Source: an uncultured Acidobacteriota bacterium (GTDB taxonomy: Bacteria > Acidobacteriota > Vicinamibacteria > Vicinamibacterales > 2-12-FULL-66-21). From it: a stretch of 64,000 nucleotides of DNA. Position 1 is the first letter of the stretch. Every line of letters starts with the position of its first letter. The stretch covers positions 64,958 through 128,957 of the forward strand of contig CAVVQQ010000003.1 in NCBI GenBank assembly GCA_963750475.1, in the 5' to 3' direction. Below, piece after piece: positions 28,620 through 37,695 of the stretch. The notes beneath the pieces were generated by a model that was not told the DNA's origin, made no database searches, and was given only the letters and a program-made list of their open reading frames with translations. The position numbers were made by a program, and so were the translations under genes.

Positions 28620-28925
28620 CCATATCGCTGTCAAGTCTGGCTCGCGAACTTTTCCTACGATGGCTGTAAATTATTGAATCTATGACTATTTATTCCTTCA
28701 GTCCCTGGGACGGCCGGATCCTGGCAGCGTCCGACTCCATCCGTAAGCTCGACTCCGCGGGGGGTGAGAAGGCTTGAGCCGGTGGCGATGCCGAGCCGAT
28801 TTACCGACCGGCCGCAGGCTCGTGAAGAGGGCAAGGGCGATCGCGTCCGCCATCATCCGGTAGCCGGCGTCGCCCGCCAGCATGTGCGGTACACTTCGCC
28901 CAGCCGACCCTGAGGAGAATCAACC

Positions 28926-29462
28926 ATGTCGCTCCTGGACTCCGACCGCACGACGATACAGGCCATTCCGATACCGCTCGAGCGCGACGTCTTTCTTCGC
29001 ACGATGTTGCGGCACCTGGCGGGCACGCTCCAGGAGGTTGTCGGTCTCGAGGAAGCGGCGGGATTCGTCAGCGTCGTCGGCCAGAAAATCGGCGACGAAA
29101 TCAATGCCGCCTACACGTCAGCGCTCGCCGTTGAGCGGCTGTCGCGGGAGCAGGTCGCGGAAGTGCTCGTCGACCTCAAGCGGCGCATCCAGGGGGACTT
29201 CTTCGTCATCGAAGCAGATGACGAGAAGATCGTTCTCGGCAACCGCGCCTGCCCGTTCGCCGAGAAGGTCGTCGGCCGGCCGGCACTCTGCATGATGACG
29301 TCGAACGTGTTCGGCAGCATCGCCGCCGAGAACCTCGGCTACGCGAAAGTGGCTCTGGAGCAGACCATCGCACGAGGCGATCGCGGCTGCCGGGTCGTCG
29401 TCTATCTGAAACCGTCCGAGACGGCGCAGCAGGCGAACGGCCGGGAATACTTCAAGGGCTGA
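28926..29462 (+). CDS. Small MOD1/V4R-like (methanogen output domain 1-type) protein
   Basis: This is a 178-aa intact ORF with GGAG upstream. It contains ...[36 protein letters not shown]...[11 protein letters not shown]. It lies 15 nt upstream of a histidine kinase. The family assignment is from memory. Confidence 0.55.
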   Translation: MSLLDSDRTTIQAIPIPLERDVFLRTMLRHLAGTLQEVVGLEEAAGFVSVVGQKIGDEINAAYTSALAVERLSREQVAEVLVDLKRRIQGDFFVIEADDEKIVLGNRACPFAEKVVGRPALCMMTSNVFGSIAAENLGYAKVALEQTIARGDRGCRVVVYLKPSETAQQANGREYFKG

Positions 29463-29477
29463 CGAGTCCCCCCATCA

Positions 29478-31487
29478 GTGGCACCGACGTTTGCAACGCT
29501 AGCCGACCTCCTGCCGGAACCGATGGCGCTCGTCTCGACATCCGGGATCCTTCGCGCTGTCAATCCGGCGTTTGCCGCACTCGTCGGCGCCGACAGGACC
29601 CTGCTCGGCGGCCGGTCGCTGCTCGAGGTCGGCTGGTCGGCCGATGACTGGCCGGACTACCTGAGGCGCTGCGCGAGGACACGTTCGATGCTGCTCGGCG
29701 CCGCCACCTGTCATCGCCGGGACGGCGCCGAAATTCATTGCCGGCTTGAAGGGGCGCGATACGAGGCTCCCACCGCCAACACCGATGCCGTCGTCATGGT
29801 TCGCTTCTTCCCGCGGGAGTCGTCCTCTTCCTCGCGATTCATCACCCTCACCCAGAAGATCGACGAGCTGAACGGCGAAGTCCTGCGACGCCGGCGCGCC
29901 GAAGAGGAGGCCCGCGCTCAACGTGAGCTGCTCCACGTCACCCTGTCGAGTATCGGGGATGGCGTCATCGCCACCGATCTCGCCGGCGGCGTCACCTTCA
30001 TGAACAAGGTCGCGGAACAACTGACCGGCTGGAGCGCGGCTGAAGCCGTGCGGATGCCCGTCGGCGACGTCTTCAGGATCATCAACGAGAACTCCCGCGA
30101 GCCGGTCGAAAACCCCGTCGCCAAGGTGCTCGTCTCGGGTCACACCGTCGGCCTGGCGAACCACACGCTGCTGGTGTCCCGCGACGGCAGCGAGCGCCCG
30201 ATCGACGACAGCGGTGCGCCGATCGTCGATGCCTCGGGCCGCCTCCATGGGGTGGTGCTGGCCTTTCGCGACGTCACGGAGCTGCGAGACGTGCAGCGGC
30301 AGGAGCGCGCGGCGCGAACGGCGGCGGAGGCGGCGAGCCGCGCCAAGGACGATTTCCTGGCGACGTTGTCCCACGAGTTGCGCACGCCACTGAACGCGAT
30401 TCTCGGCTGGGCCCGCATGCTGCGGCGAGGCCTTCTCGACGACTCGCGCAAACCGCACGCGCTCGACGTGATCGAACGGAATGCCGAGATGCAGGCCCGA
30501 TTGATCGAAGACCTGCTCGATGTCTCCCGCATCGTGGTCGGACAATTGCGGCTCCACGTCGAGCCGCTCAATCTGCACGGCGTCATCGAGGCGGCCATCG
30601 ACGCCATCCGCCCGGCCGCGGAGAACAAGTCGCTACAGATATCGTCGTCGGTGCGGGTGACCTCCCCTGTGTACGGCGACGCGGCGCGGCTGCAGCAGGT
30701 GCTGTGGAATCTGCTGACGAACGCCGTCAAGTTCACCCCGGCCGGCGGTACGGTCTCACTCGACGCCGCCGAAGTGGACGATACTGTCCGCATCGTCGTG
30801 GCGGATTCGGGCGAGGGCATTCCCGCCCACTTCACCCCCCGGCTGTTCGAAATGTTCACCCAGGCCGATGCGACGTTCTCGCGGTCGCAGGGCGGTTTGG
30901 GGCTGGGCCTGGCGATCGTCAGGCGTCTCGTGGAAGCGCACGGCGGCCACGTCGCGGCCGCGAGCCGCGGGCCCGATCAGGGAGCGACCTTCACCGTGAC
31001 CTTGCCAGCCGGCCGAGGAGCTCCTGCCGAAGCGCTTCCGGCACCGGTCGGCGACGCCGCCGGCTGCCGGGGCTGCCAGGTCGTGGTGGTCGAGGATGAC
31101 CCGGATTCGGCCGAGCTCACGAAGACCCTGTTGGAGGGAGCTGGCGCCAACGTGGTCGTGTGCACGCGCGCCCGGGAAGCGCTCGCCGTGGTCGAAGGCG
31201 GCGACTTCGAGGTGCTCGTGGCCGATATCGGGCTGCCGCGTGAAGACGGCGTCTGGCTCATTCAGCAGGTTCGCAGCCTGCCGCGCGAGAGTCAGCGGAC
31301 TCTCCCTGCCGTCGCCCTGACGGCCTTCGCGAGCCCTCGGGACCGGCAGAACGCATTGGCCGCGGGCTACGACGAGCACGTGCCGAAGCCTCTCGAACTC
31401 GACACGCTCCTTCGCGCCGTCGCCCGAGTGCGAAAAAGACCGTTCGCCGAGCCCATCTCGGAAACTGGTCCTGCCCCTGGTCCGTGA
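29478..31487 (+). CDS. PAS-domain hybrid sensor histidine kinase (HisKA-HATPase-REC)
   Basis: PAS-like regions include SIGDGVIATDLAGGVTFMN. The H-box is FLATLSHELRTPLNAILGW. The N and G boxes are NLLTNAVKFTP and DSGEGI...GGLGLGLAIV. The receiver reads VVVVEDDPDSA...VLVADIGLPREDG...ALTAFA...KP. Confidence 0.9.
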   Translation: MAPTFATLADLLPEPMALVSTSGILRAVNPAFAALVGADRTLLGGRSLLEVGWSADDWPDYLRRCARTRSMLLGAATCHRRDGAEIHCRLEGARYEAPTANTDAVVMVRFFPRESSSSSRFITLTQKIDELNGEVLRRRRAEEEARAQRELLHVTLSSIGDGVIATDLAGGVTFMNKVAEQLTGWSAAEAVRMPVGDVFRIINENSREPVENPVAKVLVSGHTVGLANHTLLVSRDGSERPIDDSGAPIVDASGRLHGVVLAFRDVTELRDVQRQERAARTAAEAASRAKDDFLATLSHELRTPLNAILGWARMLRRGLLDDSRKPHALDVIERNAEMQARLIEDLLDVSRIVVGQLRLHVEPLNLHGVIEAAIDAIRPAAENKSLQISSSVRVTSPVYGDAARLQQVLWNLLTNAVKFTPAGGTVSLDAAEVDDTVRIVVADSGEGIPAHFTPRLFEMFTQADATFSRSQGGLGLGLAIVRRLVEAHGGHVAAASRGPDQGATFTVTLPAGRGAPAEALPAPVGDAAGCRGCQVVVVEDDPDSAELTKTLLEGAGANVVVCTRAREALAVVEGGDFEVLVADIGLPREDGVWLIQQVRSLPRESQRTLPAVALTAFASPRDRQNALAAGYDEHVPKPLELDTLLRAVARVRKRPFAEPISETGPAPGP

Positions 31488-31490
31488 CGC

Positions 31491-32993
31491 TCAGCGCTTG
31501 ATTGGCGTGTCGTCGGCCTTCAGGTCTCCGAGCACGTACTGCATCCCGGCGAGGATGTGCTCGAGTATCGGCCGCACGGCGTAGATCCGCTCGCTGTGGC
31601 CGAGCGCCTCGTAGAACACGCGCCCCTGTCCTTCGCGGCGAATCCAGCTCAGTCCGAAGTCGTGATCGGGGCGCGGATGCTCTTCGAGCGCCCGGTCCGC
31701 GGGGCTCATCTTCGCGTAGTCGATGCTCGTCAGCACGCGGACGTTGTCCCGCGACCACGACTGGACGCCCATCGTGTAGATCTCGTCGCGGATGTCGAAG
31801 GCTCCGCTCTTGAACATCGCGGTCAGCGGGCTCGCCGGATCGTCGATCTTCACCGTGATCTTCTGCGGGTCGAGCCAGTGGAACTTGAAGTAGCCGCCGA
31901 TCATCCGGTTGAAGTCGGGCCACGTGCCTGTCTGGGTGTCCGGCCCCTGCGCGACCGCCGGCGCCGCGGCCCCAGCCGGCTGGGGAATCATCAGCGCGAA
32001 CAGCGCGAAATCAGCCTGCGTGAGCCGGCCGGTGCGGGCGGTGTCGAGCGCCTGGAACCATGCGTCGCTGATCGCGTCGAGCTCGGCGCGATCGAGCCGC
32101 TGGTCGTGGTTGCGATCGCCCTGGGTCATCATCACCGGGGCGATCGAGGCGCCGGCGGAGAACGAGCCCAGGAGGGCCGCGATACCGCCGCCCGCCGCCG
32201 GCGGCGCGCTGTCCTGGTGATACGAATCGCTGGCCGCGTGGATGCCGGCCAGTCCCTTGCCGCCGCGCACGAACTCGAGCAGCGCCTGGCGGCGCGCCGC
32301 CGTGGCGGCGGCGTCGTTCGGGTCGTCCAGGAACGCGCCGGTGGTGCTGGCCAGAAACACCGCGTCGTACTGTTTGAGATTGGCGGCGTTGATGTCGGCC
32401 GCATCGAACGAAATCGTCGTCGACCAGGCGCCGGTCTTGGCGCCGAGCGCCTCGATCGTTTTCGCCGCGAGCGGAATGGAGGAGTGCACGAAGCCGGCGG
32501 CTTTGGCCAGGACCAGGACCTTGCGCGGGTGCAGCGGACGGGCGGGAGCGCGGTCGGGCAGCGCTGCGCGCATGGCCTCGACCGTCGCCGGCTGCGGCGT
32601 CTGCGGCTGGCCGCCCCGCCCGCCCATGTTGAACGCGGCGGCGAGGCCGGAAGCCGGCATCGCGGCGGAGAGCGCGGTGGTGAGCTGTTCCTGCGTGACC
32701 GAGCCGGTCGCGGCCGCATCGGCGGCGGTGAACCACCGGCCGGCGGCGGCCTTGAGCTCGCCGCGCGAGAGGACCCCGTCCTTGTCGGCATCAGCCGCCA
32801 GGAAGACGAGCGTCGACGACAGCAGTCCGTTGAGGCTCGCGCTGCTGGCGAGCGCCGGGGGCGCGGTGCGCGCTCCGCCCGGAGCACCCGCCGGCGCCGG
32901 TGTCGCGTTCCGCTCCTGGGAGACGGCAACCGCCGCCGTGGCCGCGAACATCGCGGCAGCGCCGCCGCAGAGAAACCAGCGAGTGAGGGTCAT
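31491..32993 (-). CDS. Secreted ThuA-domain protein carrying EF-hand-like calcium-binding motifs
   Basis: The likely start is ATG 32993 (MTLTRWFLCGGAAAMFAATAAVA). The ThuA-like core includes KVLVLAKAAGFVHSSIP, YDAVFLASTTG, GKGLAGIHAASDSY and GRVFYEALGHSE. The EF-hand loops are DADKDGVLSRGEL and DRNHDQRLDRAEL. Confidence 0.75.
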   Translation of the reverse strand: MTLTRWFLCGGAAAMFAATAAVAVSQERNATPAPAGAPGGARTAPPALASSASLNGLLSSTLVFLAADADKDGVLSRGELKAAAGRWFTAADAAATGSVTQEQLTTALSAAMPASGLAAAFNMGGRGGQPQTPQPATVEAMRAALPDRAPARPLHPRKVLVLAKAAGFVHSSIPLAAKTIEALGAKTGAWSTTISFDAADINAANLKQYDAVFLASTTGAFLDDPNDAAATAARRQALLEFVRGGKGLAGIHAASDSYHQDSAPPAAGGGIAALLGSFSAGASIAPVMMTQGDRNHDQRLDRAELDAISDAWFQALDTARTGRLTQADFALFALMIPQPAGAAAPAVAQGPDTQTGTWPDFNRMIGGYFKFHWLDPQKITVKIDDPASPLTAMFKSGAFDIRDEIYTMGVQSWSRDNVRVLTSIDYAKMSPADRALEEHPRPDHDFGLSWIRREGQGRVFYEALGHSERIYAVRPILEHILAGMQYVLGDLKADDTPIKR

Positions 32994-33071
32994 GGTTCTT
33001 TTCCAGTCGGAGAAGACTTCAGACGTCCTCACCGTCGCCAGCAGCAACCGCCGCGCCGGCTTCACTGCCGC

Positions 33072-33953
33072 TCAGGACATCCGCTCGGCCTGACCGAGCC
33101 CCTGGCCGAACCCGGCGCCCGGCTCGCCGGCCATCATCCCCGGATCCGGGACCACGTCCGTGTAGTGCGCGGACGCGCACAGCCATCGATCGCCAGCGCG
33201 ATGCACGACGAACGAGGCGAGCGTCGTTCGTGGACCGGATGATCCGGCGCCCTTCGGATCGTCTCCGGACAGCGTCATCCGCGCATGGACGACGGCCACC
33301 TCGGGCGACAGCAGTCTGACTTTGGTCTCGCTGGCCGCCATGGTCGACGTCGCGCCGGCCTGCCCGAAGCGGGCGGCATGGGCGTTCCGGATCGACTCCC
33401 GGTCGTGCCAGCACAGTCCCGTGCCGTTCACGAACTCGGCATTCTCCTCGAACAGCGCCGCGAGCGTCGCGGCGTTGCGATCGTTCCACGCCTTCGCGAG
33501 CAGCGCCGGGACGTCTTCCGGCGTGGTGTGCGGGGTGGCCGGCAGGTCCTCCCACGCCCATCGGCCGTAGAACGCCACGAACTGGGCGCCGTGCTCGTGC
33601 AGGATATCGGCGGCGATGATCCGCGTCGGGCGGCGCCTGGTCAGCACCGTGATCACGAAGCGGCCGGCGCGGAGATCCTCGGCGTGATGCGTCAGGTGCT
33701 TGAATTCGTCGAGCTCGAACTTCCGGATCAGCGTCCGTTGGAACTGCGCCAGGAAGCCATGGTCGGCGCCGGTCAGGTCGAGCCGCCGGAGGTCCTCCTC
33801 CCCGTGCAGGATATCGATGTGCTCCTGCTCGAATCCCGCCCGGAGCAGCGCGTCGACCGCGGCGCGTGCCTTCTCGGCATCGCCAACGGTGCCGACGACG
33901 CGATTGGTGGTGACGAAATCCCGTCGGTCGGTGCTCGCTGCTTTCATGGCCAT
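33072..33953 (-). CDS. Two-domain protein: an N-terminal general-stress-like domain plus a C-terminal SgcJ/EcaC (SnoaL-like, NTF2 fold) domain
   Basis: This is a 293-aa intact ORF. The C-terminal half reads VPALLAKAWNDRNAATLAALFEENAEFVNGTGLCWHDRESIRNAH...VVHARMTLSG...FVVHRAGDRWLCASAHYT, typical of the SgcJ/EcaC family. Confidence 0.6.
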   Translation of the reverse strand: MAMKAASTDRRDFVTTNRVVGTVGDAEKARAAVDALLRAGFEQEHIDILHGEEDLRRLDLTGADHGFLAQFQRTLIRKFELDEFKHLTHHAEDLRAGRFVITVLTRRRPTRIIAADILHEHGAQFVAFYGRWAWEDLPATPHTTPEDVPALLAKAWNDRNAATLAALFEENAEFVNGTGLCWHDRESIRNAHAARFGQAGATSTMAASETKVRLLSPEVAVVHARMTLSGDDPKGAGSSGPRTTLASFVVHRAGDRWLCASAHYTDVVPDPGMMAGEPGAGFGQGLGQAERMS

Positions 33954-34081
33954 GCCCTGTTCAACGGTTCGCGAATTGACGGCGCCGTGGACGTCCCGAC
34001 ATGAGTGGCCGCGCGGAGACGGACGATGAGGGTCCTTTCATACGCCCAGCGCCTGCCGCTGTCAAGAACTTCGCCGTGCGC

Positions 34082-34111
34082 TTGACGGTCATGCAAGTTC
34101 GTGGTTATATC
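34082..34111 (+). promoter_or_regulatory. Candidate sigma70-type promoter upstream of the CydA-like oxidase locus
   Basis: TTGACG (34082-34087), a 17/18-nt spacer, then TTATAT/TATATC (34105-34111). This would give an untranslated leader of about 330 nt before ATG 34444. Confidence 0.3.
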
Positions 34112-34443
34112 GCGCCGCAACCCGAAGAGTCTTCGTTCGTCCCCCTGCGCCGAAAGTCTGGAGAGGCGAGGATGTGGCGTGACCGTTCCATCGCGGACTC
34201 GCGTTCCGGGCAGCTGTTCGCCAGCGCCCCGGAGCCCTCGCCATTGGGCTTCTGTCTGTCCAATCGACGTGGCTACCGGTTCGCGCCGCCTCCTGTCGCG
34301 GCGAAGCCATCCCACCGCTGCCCGTCACCAGGACCGAATCCCGGATCATCCCGACGGGCAGATCGTCGACGACGTCTCGATCACGCCTGGACTGGTGCAC
34401 GGGTCCCGGTGGCCGATCCTTCCCGCGGACAGGAACCGACGCG

Positions 34444-36337
34444 ATGAACCGCAAACCGCTGATCCTTCTTGGCGTCGCCGCCGCACTGCTCACGTTCGCC
34501 GGCACCGCGCTGACCGCCGCGCGGCCGCCGGCCGGCGACTATCTCGAGAGCGATCAAACGGCGGCCGCCGCCCCGGCGCCGGCCGCGGCCGCGCCGGCCC
34601 AGCCCGCCGCCGCCACGCCGGCCCAGCCCGCCGCCGCCACGCCGGCCGCGGACAAGCCGTATGTCGAGGCCGAGTACCCGGCGCTTCCCCGTCGTCGGCA
34701 GCCGCGTCGCCATCTGGATGGTCGCGCAGCTCCATCTGCTGTTCGCGGCGTTCGTTCTCGCGGTGCCGATCTTCGCCTTCATCGTCGAGGCGATCGGCTA
34801 CAAGACCGGCGACATGCGCTACGACCGGCTCGCCCATGAGTTCACGAAGCTGCTGTCGGTCTCCTTCTCGCTGACCGCGACCTTCGGGGCGGCGCTGACG
34901 TTCATGCTGATCATCCTGTACCCGAAGTTCACCAACTACATGATGAGCGTGTTCTCGCCGACCTTCCTGCCCTACGTCCTGCTCTTCTTCGCCGAGGCGT
35001 TCTTCCTCTACACCTACTACTACGGCTGGGGGAAGTTCCATCCGCTGGTCCATCTCGGACTCGGGCTCGGCCTCAACATCGTCGGCACCAGCATCATGCT
35101 GATCGCCAACGCCTGGCTGACCTTCATGATGTCGCCGCGCGGCGTGTCGAGCACCGGGCGCCGTCCTCTCGGTGCGGGAGGCGGTCTACAACTACACCTG
35201 GATGCCGATCAACGTGCACCGCATCATCGCCAACGTCGCCTTCGGGGGATCGATCGCGGCCGCGTACGCGGCGTTCAAGTTCCTCCAGGCGACCACCGAC
35301 GAGGAGCGCGCGCACTACGACTGGATGGGCTACATCGGCAACTTCGTCGCGATCAGCGCCTTCCTGCCGCTGCCGTTTGCCGGCTACTGGCTCGCCAAGG
35401 AGATCTACGCCTACTCGCAGACGCTCGGCCTGCACGATGATGGGCGGGGCGTTCTCGTGGCTGTTCATCATCCAGGCCGTGCTGATTGGCAATCTGTTCC
35501 TCGCCGCCAACTACTATCTCTGGCTCGGCATGGGGCGCGTCGACGGGGTCGCAGCCGCTGCAGCGCTTCATCAAGTATCTGCTCGCCGGGATCACGCTCT
35601 GCTTCATGGTCTGGGCGACGCCGCGATCGATCATCGCGACCGTGTCCGAGCTCCGGGCGATGGGCGGGTCGTCGCACCCGGTCCTCGGCTACCTCGGCGT
35701 CATGTCGGCGAAGAACACCGCCGTGAACATCCTGATCCTCACGACCTTCATGAGCTTTCTCCTCTATCGCCGGACCGGCAAGGTCGCCGCCGTGGCGTGG
35801 GCGAAGAAGGGGCACGCGGCGCAGCTCGCGATCTTCGCCGGCGTCGCCGTCTTCGTCGTCTTTCTCGGCGTCTACGGCTACTTCGTCGAGGCGACGGTCC
35901 GCATCAAGCTGTCGGTGCCGCAGGTCCTCTCGGTCCTGTTCGCGATGGTGGCGATCACCGCCATCGACCTGTTCCTGTTCCGCGGCGCGCGCAAGACCGG
36001 CGAAGTGCGCTGGGGCCGGATTCCGGCGATCTCGCAGTACGTGCTGATCTTCATCGCCGTCACCTTCACCTGGCTGATGGGGCTGATGGGCTACGTCCGC
36101 TCCGGGCTGCGCCAGCACTGGCACGTCTACGGCGTGATCCGCGACAAGTCCGCCGACGCCTTCACGCCGACGCTCGGCTTCGCGACGAAAGTCGTCTCGG
36201 TGACCGTGCTGCTGTTCTTCCTGCTGATCGCCGTCGTGTTCTGGATCGCGAGCCTGCACGACCGGCCCGACTTCGACCGGGGACAGACCGCTCGTGACGC
36301 CGCTCGTCCCTGGACCGCGGCGCAGCGAGCATCATGA
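34444..36337 (+). pseudogene. Cytochrome bd-family subunit I (CydA)-like membrane protein with about 13-14 hydrophobic helices, carrying four frame changes as sequenced
   Basis: Fragments from ORFs 34444.., 34661.., 35172.., 35377.. and 35486..36337 join into one protein. The first join reads ...KPYVEAEYPA|FPVVGSRVAIWMVAQLHLLFAAFVLAVPIF. This is followed by ...ANAWLTFMMSPRG..|GAVLSVREAVYNYTWMPINVHRIIANVAFGG. Next comes ...YAYSQTLGL|TMMGGAFSWLFIIQAVLIGNLF...LWLGMGR|..SQPLQRFIKYLLAGITL... The shifts lie at about 34685, 35155, 35433 and 35545. The helix-1 His motif (QLHLLF) resembles CydA. The stop overlaps the next start (ATGA at 36334). Confidence 0.75.
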
Positions 36338-36879
36338 GGATCCCGCACATCGTCCGCATCGCCGCGCTCGTCTTCGCGACGACCGGGTTCTATGCCTACG
36401 TCGGCCAGATGGTGCCGCAGAAGGAAGTCCAGCCTCCGCAGGAGACCGGCCATGGGCGGCGACCTGAGCCACCGCCGAGCTGGCCAAGATCGGCCGCGAG
36501 ATCATGGAGGGCAAAGGCTTCTGCCTGACCTGCCACACCATCGGCAAGACCGGCGCGCTCCGGTTTCCCGACCTCGCCGGGGTCGATGTCCGCGCCAAGA
36601 CCCGCGTCCCGGGGCTGAGCGATGTCGAGTACTTCGCCCAGTCGATGTACGAACCGACCGCCTACATCGTGCGAAGGCTTTCCCCCGGCGATGCCGCCCA
36701 TCAACAAGCCGCCGATTGGTCTGACCGACGAGGAGATCCTCTCCGTGATCGCGTACCTGCAGACGCTTGGCGGCACCGCGACCGTCACCCTGCAGACGAA
36801 ACATCACTACAACAGCGGACCCGCCGCGGGCGGGACGCCGCCGCCGGCCGCCGCGCCGCCGAAGGGGACGCAGCCATGA
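36334..36879 (+). pseudogene. Membrane-anchored monohaem c-type cytochrome, with two or more frame changes as sequenced
   Basis: The N-terminal anchor is MRIPHIVRIAALVFATTGFYAYVGQMVP. It is followed by ...TAELAKIGREIMEGKGFCLTCHTIGKTGALRFPDL...SDVEYFAQSMYEPTAYIV|EGFPPAMPPINKPPIGLTDEEILSVIAYLQTLGG. The haem motif is CLTCH, and MPP provides a distal Met. The shifts lie at about 36440-36470 and about 36672. The stop overlaps the next start (ATGA at 36876). Confidence 0.7.
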
Positions 36880-37695
36880 AGATCGCCGTCCTCGTCGCCA
36901 TCCTCGCAGTCTTCGCGCTGCTGCGGTTCCGGCGCGCGAACCTGCTGCTGTGGGCCGGCGCCTGGTGGATCGGGATCTACGTGCTGCTCCGCTTCGGCTT
37001 CACCGCGCCGATTCCCTCCTCCGTCGTCACGCTCTACATGGGCATCATTTCGATTGCCCTGCTCGCCTACGTCTCCTCCAGCGAGGTACGCCGCGACGAG
37101 GTCTCGGGTCCGCTGGTCAGGTTCATGACCGACAAGCGCTACACGGTCCTCCTCGGCGTCGCCATCGTCGCCATCCCGGCGCTCGCCGCCGCCAATGTCT
37201 ACGTCCAGATGAGCGTCCCGCTGCAGCCGCCGCTGTTCTCGCGCACGGTCCATCCCGCGTCGCCGTCCGAGATCACGGTCCACGACAAGAAGGTCGAGCT
37301 CGACGCCGGCGAGAACCCGTTCCGCCGCCTCGAGACGTCGAACCCGGCCGAGTTCCGCACCCACGTCGAGAACGGACGCCGCGTCTTCTACCGGAACTGC
37401 GTGTTCTGCCACGGCGACAATCTCTCCGGCAACGGCATGTTCGTCCACGGACTCGATCCGATCCCGACCAACTTCACCGACAAAGGGACGATCGCGATGC
37501 TGCGCGAGACCTACCTGTTCTGGCGGATTTCCAAGGGGGGACCCGGGCTGCCGGAGGAGGGCGGGCCGTGGGCTTCGGCGATGCCGGCCTGGGAGAAGTT
37601 CCTGAAGGAAGACGAGATCTGGGATGTCGTCCTCTTTCTCTACGACTATACCGGCCAGCGGCCCCGCGCGAAGGAGGAGGGGGCGAAGCCGATGA
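36876..37695 (+). CDS. Polytopic membrane-anchored monohaem c-type cytochrome (3' boundary unresolved)
   Basis: The start is ATG 36876. About four hydrophobic helices begin MKIAVLVAILAVFALL.... The soluble domain carries CVFCHGDNLSGNG...MPAWEKFLKEDEIWDVVLFLYDY. No stop exists in this frame before 38078. A TGA in the adjacent frame at 37693 overlaps a well-placed ATG 37692 (GGAGGAGGGGG upstream). I therefore place the end near 37695, assuming one more indel. Confidence 0.6.

Noticed and set aside
28590-28700. The low-GC patch as a sign of a horizontally acquired island or mobile-element end
   Set aside because: The patch is only about 100 nt and sits exactly in a divergent promoter region. 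There are no integrase or transposase genes, tRNA, or direct repeats nearby.
34112-34443. Riboswitch (for example cobalamin or SAM) in the long leader
   Set aside because: I could not find a B12-box-like core or other class-defining conserved motifs by eye. This needs an Infernal/Rfam scan to be sure.
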